Positions 8,274-15,443 of a stretch of DNA of 16,226 nt are shown piece after piece; within the stretch, counting starts at the first letter, position 1, and each line of letters starts with the position of its first letter. The translations under genes were made by a program, and so were the position numbers. This DNA comes from Candidatus Rokuibacteriota bacterium (GTDB taxonomy: Bacteria > Methylomirabilota > Methylomirabilia > Rokubacteriales > CSP1-6): the NCBI GenBank assembly GCA_016184305.1, contig JACPCX010000044.1, forward strand, positions 1 through 16,226, given 5' to 3'. Under the pieces are notes generated by a model that was given only the letters and a program-made list of their open reading frames with translations, was not told the DNA's origin and did no database searches.

Positions 8274-8290
8274 AGCAACCCGGATGCCAG
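8274..8290 (-). promoter_or_regulatory. Putative sigma54 (-24/-12) promoter for the SPFH/zinc-ribbon operon
   Basis: The minus strand reads CTGGCATCCGGGTTGCT (GG-N10-GC), against consensus TGGCACG-N4-TTGC[AT]. Predicted +1 is near 8263, about 70 nt before ATG8193. Confidence 0.7.
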
Positions 8291-8350
8291 GGAGAGGACA
8301 TTCGCTAAGTGGCTGACTCGATGGAGACCAGCCGTCCAGCCCCCTGGCAG

Positions 8351-8405
8351 CGGCAGTGACGTCCTGCGGCATGCCGTGCCGCAGGATGTCCTGCACCCAC
8401 TGTCG
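8351..8405. other. Long inverted repeat/stem-loop
   Basis: GACGTCCTGCGGCA-tgccg-TGCCGCAGGATGTC (8358-8390, 13 of 14 Watson-Crick pairs plus one G-T). An outer helix CGGCAGTG/CACTGTCG can enclose it. Confidence 0.7.
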
Positions 8406-8679
8406 TATCGCCGAGCCGATGACGTGCTCGTAGCCACCGTGAACACCGAGGCGGTCTCCGACCGCTGCGACCGGGGGATCTGCGGCCCCACACCCATCGC
8501 CCGGGTCTCGGGGGAGCGGGTACTGGGTCAATTTGCGTCGCCATACTTCGTTACTCGGTCGCCCGCGACGCTCAACGTACAGAGAGTACGCCTCGCGTCG
8601 CTGGCTCCCTCGTGCCTCGTCGCGTCGAGGCGGGCGCCGTGCTTTCCTGGGGTGCCATATGGGATCAGGGAGGCAGGCG

Positions 8680-8949
8680 ATGGAGGAGCGTCGGCGTCAC
8701 CCGCGGATTCCCGCAGCCTGGACCGTCCGCCTGCAGGCGGACATGGAGACTGTCGTCGGGCACGCCGTGGACGTGAGCCCGTACGGCATCCTCGTGATCA
8801 CGGCGCCCACGGCGCCGCTCAAGGTCGGCCACTCGTACTGGGTGGAGCTCGTCGCGGACAACGGCAACACCCTCGTGGCCCTCGGCGAGGTTCGCCACGT
8901 CACCGGCAAGGGCGCAGGCCTGAAAATGACGGTCCGCCTCCCGGTCTGA
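8680..8949 (+). CDS. Single-domain PilZ protein (c-di-GMP receptor)
   Basis: ATG8680 follows GGGAGG. ERRRHPR (RxxxR) and DVSPYG (DxSxxG) motifs are intact, with a GEVRH...GAGL C-terminal pattern. 89 aa. Confidence 0.85.
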   Translation: MEERRRHPRIPAAWTVRLQADMETVVGHAVDVSPYGILVITAPTAPLKVGHSYWVELVADNGNTLVALGEVRHVTGKGAGLKMTVRLPV

Positions 8950-8983
8950 GACGCACTCCCTGTCCAACAAAGGAGCCTCGAAC

Positions 8984-9655
8984 ATGCGCGAGACCGTGAC
9001 GCTCACCGCCGCCGACGGCCACGCCCTCTCCGCCTACCGGGCAGCACCGGCACAGCAGCCCCGCGGCGGCCTCGTGATCATCCAGGAGATCTTCGGCGTC
9101 AACTCCCACATCAAGAAGCTCTGCGACGGCTTCGCCGCCGACGGCTACGTGGCGCTGGCCCCGGCGCTCTTCGACCGCGTGGAGCGCGGCATCATGCTGG
9201 GCTATGGCCCGGAGGACATCGACCGCGGCCGGAGCATCCGCGGCAAGATCGACATGACCGACATGGTCAAGGACGTGCACGCCGCCGTGCGGGAGCTGGC
9301 TGATGCGAGGCTCACGGTGGGCGTGGTGGGCTACTGCATGGGCGGGACGGTCGCCTGGCTCGCCGCCACGCGCATCGACGGCGTGGCCGCCGCGGTGGGC
9401 TACTACGGCGGCGGCATCGCCGCGACGGTGGACGAGCGGCCGCGCTGCCCGGTGCTGCTCCACTTCGGCGAGACCGACGCGTCGATCCCGCCCGACCACT
9501 ACCAGCGCGTGATGGCCGCGCACCCCACGGTCCCCGTGCACATCTATCCCGCGGGCCACGGCTTCAGCTGCGACGAGCGGGCCAGCTACCACGAGCCCAG
9601 CGCGACGCTGGCCCGCACGCGCACGCTCGCCTTCCTCCGCCAGCACGTCGGGTAG
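8984..9655 (+). CDS. Dienelactone hydrolase family protein
   Basis: RBS AAGGAG. Contains IQEIFGVN, nucleophile GYCMGG, FGETD and AGHGFSCDER (Cys-Asp-His triad). Confidence 0.95.
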   Translation: MRETVTLTAADGHALSAYRAAPAQQPRGGLVIIQEIFGVNSHIKKLCDGFAADGYVALAPALFDRVERGIMLGYGPEDIDRGRSIRGKIDMTDMVKDVHAAVRELADARLTVGVVGYCMGGTVAWLAATRIDGVAAAVGYYGGGIAATVDERPRCPVLLHFGETDASIPPDHYQRVMAAHPTVPVHIYPAGHGFSCDERASYHEPSATLARTRTLAFLRQHVG

Positions 9656-9678
9656 CGGGCGCCGGACGTCGCGCGCGG

Positions 9679-10302
9679 CTACGCCCAGGGCACCGGTGCG
9701 CCCCACCGGTCGAGAGAGGTGGTCTCGGAGGTGGGCCGGCGCACGTTGGGCCCGAACGAGCCCCGCGGGTAGCCCAGCGGAATGCAGAAGTGAAAGACCA
9801 GTTGCTCGGGGACCCCGAAGAGCGCGCGGAAGCGCTCCATCACCTTGGCGTGCAGGGTCGTGGGGACGGAGCCGATGCCGAGCGCGCGCGCCGCCAGCAT
9901 GAGGTTCTGGCAAGCGGGGATCACCGAGTTGGCGACGCCCGGCGGCTCCGCCAGCGCGAAGACGACGCACGGGACGTCCTTCATGTCGTCCGCCAGGCCC
10001 ATGGCGGAGCGGTGGGTGCGGTCCTCGACGGGGATGTCCGCGGGCCCTGTCCAGCGGTGATCGTCCCAGCGCTTGGCCCACCACGCCTCGCGGTAGAGCG
10101 CGCCGAACTCCCGGATCAGCGCGCGGTCGGTGACGACCAGGAACCGGGCGATCTGCCGATTGCCGCCATTGGGCGCCTTGGAGCCCGCCTCCAGAATCAA
10201 TCGGATGTCCTCCATGGGGATCGGCTCCGGCCTGAAGCGCCGGATGGCGCGCTGCGTGAACATCGCTTCGCCGATGGGCATGGAAAGCCGCTGATGGTCC
10301 AT
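9679..10302 (-). CDS. Nitroreductase family protein
   Basis: FMN-binding QRAIRRF, APNGGNRQ, QNLMLAARALGIGS and IPLGYP. RBS GAGGAGG. Confidence 0.92.
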   Translation of the reverse strand: MDHQRLSMPIGEAMFTQRAIRRFRPEPIPMEDIRLILEAGSKAPNGGNRQIARFLVVTDRALIREFGALYREAWWAKRWDDHRWTGPADIPVEDRTHRSAMGLADDMKDVPCVVFALAEPPGVANSVIPACQNLMLAARALGIGSVPTTLHAKVMERFRALFGVPEQLVFHFCIPLGYPRGSFGPNVRRPTSETTSLDRWGAPVPWA

Positions 10303-10353
10303 GAGTTGTCCTCCTCGTGTGTGGACGCGAGCACCCTAGCACGCAACGCGCGG

Positions 10354-10383
10354 TTGCTCCAGAGGACAGGGGTCGTCTATCAT
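10354..10383 (+). promoter_or_regulatory. Putative sigma70-type promoter for the AMACR-like gene
   Basis: TTGCTC, an 18-nt spacer, then TATCAT. A divergent extended -10 (TGCTAGGGT) lies on the minus strand toward the nitroreductase gene. Confidence 0.4.
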
Positions 10384-10437
10384 GCGGGCCATCGTCGGCA
10401 GCCCCTTCCCCGCACGAGAATGGTTTGAGGAGGAGCA

Positions 10438-11586
10438 ATGAGCACGGGACCACTGGCAGGAATCAAGGTCGTGGAGATTGCCGGCATCGGGCCGGGGCCC
10501 TTCTGCGCGATGATGCTGGCGGACATGGGGGCGGAGGTGCTCCGCGTGGACCGCACGGCCGAGGCGGACATCGGCTTCGCCGGCGACCCCCGCAAGAGCC
10601 TCCTCAACCGCGGCCGCCGCTCGGTGGCCGTGGACCTCAAGAACGCGGCGGGCATCGGCGCCGTGAAGCGACTGGTCGCGGGCGCGGACGCGCTGATCGA
10701 GGGCTTCCGCCCGGGCGTGATGGAGCGTCTCGGCCTCGGGCCCGACGAGTGCCTGGCCGCGAACCCGCGACTCGTCTACGGCCGCATGACGGGCTGGGGG
10801 CAGGCCGGGCCCATCGCGCATGCCGCCGGCCACGACATCAACTACATCGCGCTCTCGGGCGTGCTCCACGCCATCGGGCGCCACGGCGGGCCGCCCGTAC
10901 CGCCGCTCAACCTCGTGGGCGACTTCGGCGGCGGCGGCATGTACCTCGCCTTCGGCGTCGTCTGCGCGCTCCTCGAGGCCGGCCGCTCCGGCCGCGGCCA
11001 GGTGGTGGACTCCTCCATGGTGGACGGCTCGGCGTCGCTCTCCACGGCCATCTTCGGGCTCCGCGCCATGGGGATCTGGAGCGAGGAACGCGGCGACAAC
11101 ATCCTCGACTCGGGCGCGCCCTGGTACGACGTGTACGAGGCGAAGGACGGCAAGTACGTGGCCATCGGGTCGCTCGAGCGGCGCTTCTACGGCGAGCTGA
11201 TGCGGCTCACCGGTCTCGCGGCCGACAACCCGCCGAAGCAGTGGGACAGGCCGCAGTGGCCGGAGCTACGCGCCCGGCTTGCCACGGTGTTCAAGGCGAA
11301 GACCCGCGACGAATGGTGCGCCATCATGGAGGGCAGCGACGTCTGCTTTGCCCCGGTGCTCTCGTACACGGAGGCCCTGCAGCACCCGCACAACCGCGCG
11401 CGCGGCACCTTCGTCGAGGTGGACGGCATCCCGCAGCCCGCGCCAGCGCCGCGGTTCTCCCGCACGCCGCCCGCCATCCAGCGTCCGCCGGCTCGTCCCG
11501 GCGAGCACACGGACGAGGCCCTCGCCGACTGGGGCTTCTCCGCGGCCGACATCGCGCAGCTCAGGCAGGCGGGCGCTCTCGGCTGA
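10438..11586 (+). CDS. Alpha-methylacyl-CoA racemase-like CaiB/BaiF CoA-transferase family protein
   Basis: AGIGPGPF, EGFRPGVMERLGLGP, GHDINY (catalytic His) and NLVGDFGGG (catalytic Asp), as in AMACR/Mcr enzymes. RBS GAGGAGGAG. Confidence 0.93.
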   Translation: MSTGPLAGIKVVEIAGIGPGPFCAMMLADMGAEVLRVDRTAEADIGFAGDPRKSLLNRGRRSVAVDLKNAAGIGAVKRLVAGADALIEGFRPGVMERLGLGPDECLAANPRLVYGRMTGWGQAGPIAHAAGHDINYIALSGVLHAIGRHGGPPVPPLNLVGDFGGGGMYLAFGVVCALLEAGRSGRGQVVDSSMVDGSASLSTAIFGLRAMGIWSEERGDNILDSGAPWYDVYEAKDGKYVAIGSLERRFYGELMRLTGLAADNPPKQWDRPQWPELRARLATVFKAKTRDEWCAIMEGSDVCFAPVLSYTEALQHPHNRARGTFVEVDGIPQPAPAPRFSRTPPAIQRPPARPGEHTDEALADWGFSAADIAQLRQAGALG

Positions 11587-11735
11587 GTGGCGCCTCCGCC
11601 GAGGCGGACCGCGGGGCTGCCGCGATCGCGTGCGCGTGGGCGGCGTGGGCGGCCGGCCGCCGCCGCGCTTGACAGGGCGGGCCTCCATCTGGCGCTATCG
11701 AGTCCCATGGTGACCGTGGACCGGAGAGACGGGTG

Positions 11736-13007
11736 ATGGCGGCCGCCTCGCGGGAGTTCCAGGTGATGGTCAAGCCCATCGGCGCCATCTGCAACCTGGG
11801 CTGCGACTACTGCTACTACCTCGACAAGCAGCGCCTCTACCCCGACACCGCCGCCCCCCGCATGCCGGACGACCTACTGGAGGCGTACATCGTCCAGTAC
11901 ATCGCCGCCTCCCCGCGCCCGCTCATCAACTTCCAGTGGCATGGCGGCGAGCCGACCCTCCTGGGGCTCGACTACTTCCGGAAGATCGTGGCGATCGAGC
12001 GCGCACACCAGCCTGCGGGACGGCGGATCACCAACGGGCTGCAGACAAACGGGACGCTCCTCGACGAGGAATGGTGCCGCTTCCTCGCCGCCGAGGCCTT
12101 CTTCGTGGGGCTCTCCCTCGACGGCCCGCAGGAGCTCCACGACCGCCACCGCGTCACCAAGGGGCAGAAGCCGACCCACAAGCAGGTGATGCGCGCCTTC
12201 CGCCTGCTCCAGCAGCACCGGGTACGCTCGGACATCCTCTGCGTGGTCCACGCCGACAACGCCGGATCCCCCATGGCCGTGTACCGCTTCTTCAAGGAGA
12301 TCGGCGCCCAGCATCTGCAGTTCCTGCCCTTCGTCGAGCCGCTGCGGGACGGATCGGGCGGGGTCACCCCGCACTCGGTTCCGGCGCTGGCCTACGGAGA
12401 GTTCCTCTGCGCGATCTTCGACGAGTGGGTGCGCCAGGACGTGGGGCGCGTCACGGTCCAGATCTTCGACGAGGCGGCCCGGCCCGCCTGCGGCCTGCCC
12501 CATGCGCTCTGCCACTTCCGGGAGGAGTGCGGGGATGTGCCGGTTGTCGAGCACAATGGCGACTTCTACTCCTGCGACCACTTCGTGGACCCGGCCCATC
12601 GCCTGGGCAATCTCCGCGAGACGCGGCTCGTGGATCTCGTGGACAGCGCCCCTCAGCTCGACTTCGGCCGCGCCAAGCGTCAGGCCCTGCCGCGCTACTG
12701 CCGGGAGTGCGACGTGCTGGCCCTGTGCAATGGCGGCTGCCCGAAGGACCGGTTCATCAGGACGCCGGACGGCGAGCCGGGGCTCAACTACTTCTGCCCC
12801 GGCTTCAAGCGCTTCTTCACCCACAGCCGGCCCCATCTCGACCGCCTCGCCGCCGTCTGGCGGGCCGGCCAGCCCATGGAGCGCCTCATGCGGGAGGTGC
12901 GGGCGGCGGATCAGAGCGCCACCCAGCAGGCGAGGCGCAACGCCCTCTGCCCCTGCGGCAGCGGGCGCAAGTACAAGAAGTGCTGCCTGGGGAAGCCGGC
13001 GCGCTGA
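11736..13007 (+). CDS. Anaerobic sulfatase-maturating radical SAM/SPASM enzyme (anSME-like) with a C-terminal SEC-C motif
   Basis: KPIGAICNLGCDYCYY (CxxxCxxC), WHGGEP, LQTNG and SLDGP. SPASM cysteines C..C...GDFYSCDHF...CRECDVLALCNGGCPK...YFC. C-terminal CPCGSGRKYKKCC. Alternative start GTG11733. Confidence 0.93.
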   Translation: MAAASREFQVMVKPIGAICNLGCDYCYYLDKQRLYPDTAAPRMPDDLLEAYIVQYIAASPRPLINFQWHGGEPTLLGLDYFRKIVAIERAHQPAGRRITNGLQTNGTLLDEEWCRFLAAEAFFVGLSLDGPQELHDRHRVTKGQKPTHKQVMRAFRLLQQHRVRSDILCVVHADNAGSPMAVYRFFKEIGAQHLQFLPFVEPLRDGSGGVTPHSVPALAYGEFLCAIFDEWVRQDVGRVTVQIFDEAARPACGLPHALCHFREECGDVPVVEHNGDFYSCDHFVDPAHRLGNLRETRLVDLVDSAPQLDFGRAKRQALPRYCRECDVLALCNGGCPKDRFIRTPDGEPGLNYFCPGFKRFFTHSRPHLDRLAAVWRAGQPMERLMREVRAADQSATQQARRNALCPCGSGRKYKKCCLGKPAR

Positions 13008-13093
13008 CGGAGCCGGGCCGGCTTCCCGTCGCGCCTCCCGGCTCTGGAACCCGAGGGCTCCACGCGGCCGGCCGGGGCCGCGGAGGGTTCGGC

Positions 13094-13729
13094 CTACTTC
13101 CGGGAACGCCTCCGGGCAGCGCCCACGAGCAGGATCAAACCCGCGCTGAGGAGAAGAGCCGACGCGGGCTCCGGCACGCTCGGGGGGGGCGGCGGCGGTG
13201 CCTCCGCGAGCTCGAGCGAGATGTTGTCGATCTTGGCCTCATAGTCTGAGCTGTTCCGCTCGGCCGCCAAGCCGATCGTGTGGCTCGTGCTCGTCGCCGT
13301 GAAGGTCGTCGAGAAGGGGGTGAAGACGTCGGTCGGCGCCCCCGTCAGCTGCAGGATGGGCAGTCCGTCGAGCAAGACCCCGAAGGAGAGATGCGTGATA
13401 CTTCCGCAGCAGCCGTACTCGTTCGCGTAGTCCCCCGCGATGAGATAGACGGCGCCGACGGTGAGCCCCGGCACGGTCTGGCTGATGGTCGGGTCCGTCG
13501 ACGACGCGCCGCCGTCGTTGAGGATGAACATGGCCCCGGGGTTCCCGCCAGTGGTCCGGTGCCCGCCGGCGCCGTCGATATTCGCTGACGTCCAGCCGCC
13601 GCCGGTGCCATTGCTCGGGACAAAGGTGTCGAAGGTCCCGTTGGTGATCAGGCTCGCGGGGGCGGCCGTCACGCTCCCGAGCAGAATCGCGGCGACGCCC
13701 AGTACAACCAGCCCTCTACGTCCATACAT
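13094..13729 (-). CDS. PEP-CTERM sorting-domain surface protein (DUF642/carbohydrate-binding-like beta fold)
   Basis: N-terminal signal peptide (MYGRRGLVVLGVAAILLGSVTAAPA), Thr/Ser/Gly-rich body (LITNGTFD...ISQTV...IDNISL), Pro linker, then VPEP + transmembrane helix + ARRRSRK. Confidence 0.92.
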   Translation of the reverse strand: MYGRRGLVVLGVAAILLGSVTAAPASLITNGTFDTFVPSNGTGGGWTSANIDGAGGHRTTGGNPGAMFILNDGGASSTDPTISQTVPGLTVGAVYLIAGDYANEYGCCGSITHLSFGVLLDGLPILQLTGAPTDVFTPFSTTFTATSTSHTIGLAAERNSSDYEAKIDNISLELAEAPPPPPPSVPEPASALLLSAGLILLVGAARRRSRK

Positions 13730-13799
13730 GATGAACCCTCCCCCGAGAGAGGCGCTTCGAACCTTGAGAATCGCTCCACGCCGAGTTGGAGGATGCCAC

Positions 13800-13816
13800 A
13801 GCAAGAAGAATGCCCG
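13800..13816 (-). promoter_or_regulatory. Putative sigma54 (-24/-12) promoter for the PEP-CTERM gene
   Basis: The minus strand reads CGGGCATTCTTCTTGCT (GG-N10-GC, TTGCT -12 box). Predicted +1 is near 13789, about 60 nt before ATG13729. Confidence 0.65.
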
Positions 13817-14229
13817 GCTGGGCGTGTGCCGCCTAAGTCGCTGTCACATCGGAACTCTCGGTGAGCGGCGTCGAGTCGACCGCGGAGCCCCTCTTCGAAC
13901 ATCGTAAAGATCCCGGACACTCCCTGCGAAGCGTCAAAAGGCACCGAGAGGCGGAGCGACCCGGCCGGCGGCTCCGCTGATGTCCTCAAGCCTGCGATAG
14001 GGACCTCCGCGCGGCGCTCAAGGAGGACGCGCTGGCCCAATGAGAGGTCGGATGATGGGCAAGAGGGCCCAGCACGTGCGGCCCGGGAAGCCGTGTCAGG
14101 GCCCCGCCGGAGCGCGCCGTCATGGCCGGACCCCCTCGAGGCGGCGCTCGATCGTAAGCATTCCCGACGCTTCGTGGCATCTGGGGGCAGCCGACGCACT
14201 GACGCGACGGTGTCTGCCGCCCAGCGCGC

Positions 14230-15411
14230 CTACTGGCTCAGGAACTGCCGGATCACTTCTCCGGCCTTCGTGATGAGGAAGGCGCCGTCCAGGTGTCCGC
14301 CGTCCCCCTCGATCTCGAAGTACTCCACCTGCTTGCCCTGCTTCTCGAGGATCGCCTTCACGCGCTTGGCGTACTCGGGGAAGAGGAGCAGGTCGGACTG
14401 GGCGGGGATGAGGAGGACCTTGGCCTTGACGTCGGCGAGCCCGGCCTCGAGCGATCCCTTGTGGCCGGTCACGAAGAGCTGGTTGGCCTTGACGAGATAG
14501 AGGAAGGAGTTGGCGTCAGAGACGCGGGCCCGGGCCGCCGCCGCCTGCTCCAGCACCGCCTCGATCGCGAACTTGTTCCCGAGCGCCTTGGCGGGATCCC
14601 TGTCGGGCGCCGCCCACTTCCTGCCGAAGGCCTTGTCGGCCCAGCCGTAATGCCGCGAGTGGAGCGTCACGATCTTGAGCGAGGCCGCGAGCCCGGCCGT
14701 GGGCTCGTCCTTTCCGTAGTAGTCCCCGTTGTTCCATCTGGGGTCGAGCATGATGGGCTGGGCCCAGATATTCGCCCAGCCGATCGTGAAGGCGTCCAGC
14801 TCGGCGGTGGGGATGACCGCGATCACGCGCTCGACCATGGCGGGATTCGCCGCCGCCCACTCGAAGCTCTGGATGGACCCCATGGACGGCCCCATCGCCG
14901 CGCGCAGTCGCGTGATTCCCAGCGAGTCCAGCAACGCCTTCTGCACGTTGACGAAATCCCGGATGGTGACGATGGGGAAGGACAGGCCATAGGCCTTGCC
15001 CGTGTCCGGGTTGATCGAGGCGGGACCCGTCGTGACGACGGTGGGGTCCTTCACGTTGAGGTTCGCGAGGCTGTCGGTGGCGATGACGAAGAACTTGTCG
15101 GTGTCCACGGGCTTGCCGGCGCCGATGATGCCGTCCCAGTAGCCCGGGGCCGGATCGGTGGCCTTGTACTTCCCGGCCGCGTGCGAGTTGCCCGAGAAGC
15201 CGTGGCCGATGAGGATCACGTTGTCCCTGGCCGCGTTGAGCGTCCCGTAGGTCTCGTAGCCGATCCGCACGCTCTTGATGGTCTGCCCGCCCACCGTGGT
15301 GTAGGCGGGCATCGAGAAGGTCTTCTTCTCCACGGGGCCGTCGTAGGCCTGCGCGGCCACGGTCACGGCCAGCAGCATCACCGCGACGATCAGTCCAGTC
15401 ATTCGCTTCAT
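14230..15411 (-). CDS. Secreted homoserine-transacetylase (MetX)-like alpha/beta hydrolase/esterase
   Basis: ATG15411 follows GGAGG. Signal peptide MKRMTGLIVAVMLLAVTVAAQA, IGYETYGTLN, HGFSG, WDGIIGAGK.VDT.KFFVI, nucleophile GPSMG, SDLLLFP (Asp) and GGHLDG (His). Confidence 0.88.
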   Translation of the reverse strand: MKRMTGLIVAVMLLAVTVAAQAYDGPVEKKTFSMPAYTTVGGQTIKSVRIGYETYGTLNAARDNVILIGHGFSGNSHAAGKYKATDPAPGYWDGIIGAGKPVDTDKFFVIATDSLANLNVKDPTVVTTGPASINPDTGKAYGLSFPIVTIRDFVNVQKALLDSLGITRLRAAMGPSMGSIQSFEWAAANPAMVERVIAVIPTAELDAFTIGWANIWAQPIMLDPRWNNGDYYGKDEPTAGLAASLKIVTLHSRHYGWADKAFGRKWAAPDRDPAKALGNKFAIEAVLEQAAAARARVSDANSFLYLVKANQLFVTGHKGSLEAGLADVKAKVLLIPAQSDLLLFPEYAKRVKAILEKQGKQVEYFEIEGDGGHLDGAFLITKAGEVIRQFLSQ

Positions 15412-15443
15412 GGCGTGCCTCCGATCCGGTGGAAGTGAACCGC

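Noticed and set aside
8550..8680. c-di-GMP riboswitch upstream of PilZ
   Set aside because: No recognisable GEMM-I or class II consensus elements by eye.
13008..13093. Intrinsic terminators between convergent genes (also 1564-1581, 6416-6457)
   Set aside because: GC-rich hairpins are present but lack U-tracts and are common by chance at this GC content.
13990..14043. Short protein-like frame (DRDLRAALKEDALAQ*) on the plus strand
   Set aside because: No in-frame start before an upstream stop, and too short to assign.
14173..14190. TGGCATCTGGGGGCA as a third sigma54 site
   Set aside because: GG-to-GC spacing is 9 rather than 10, it lacks TTGC, and it does not point into a gene start.
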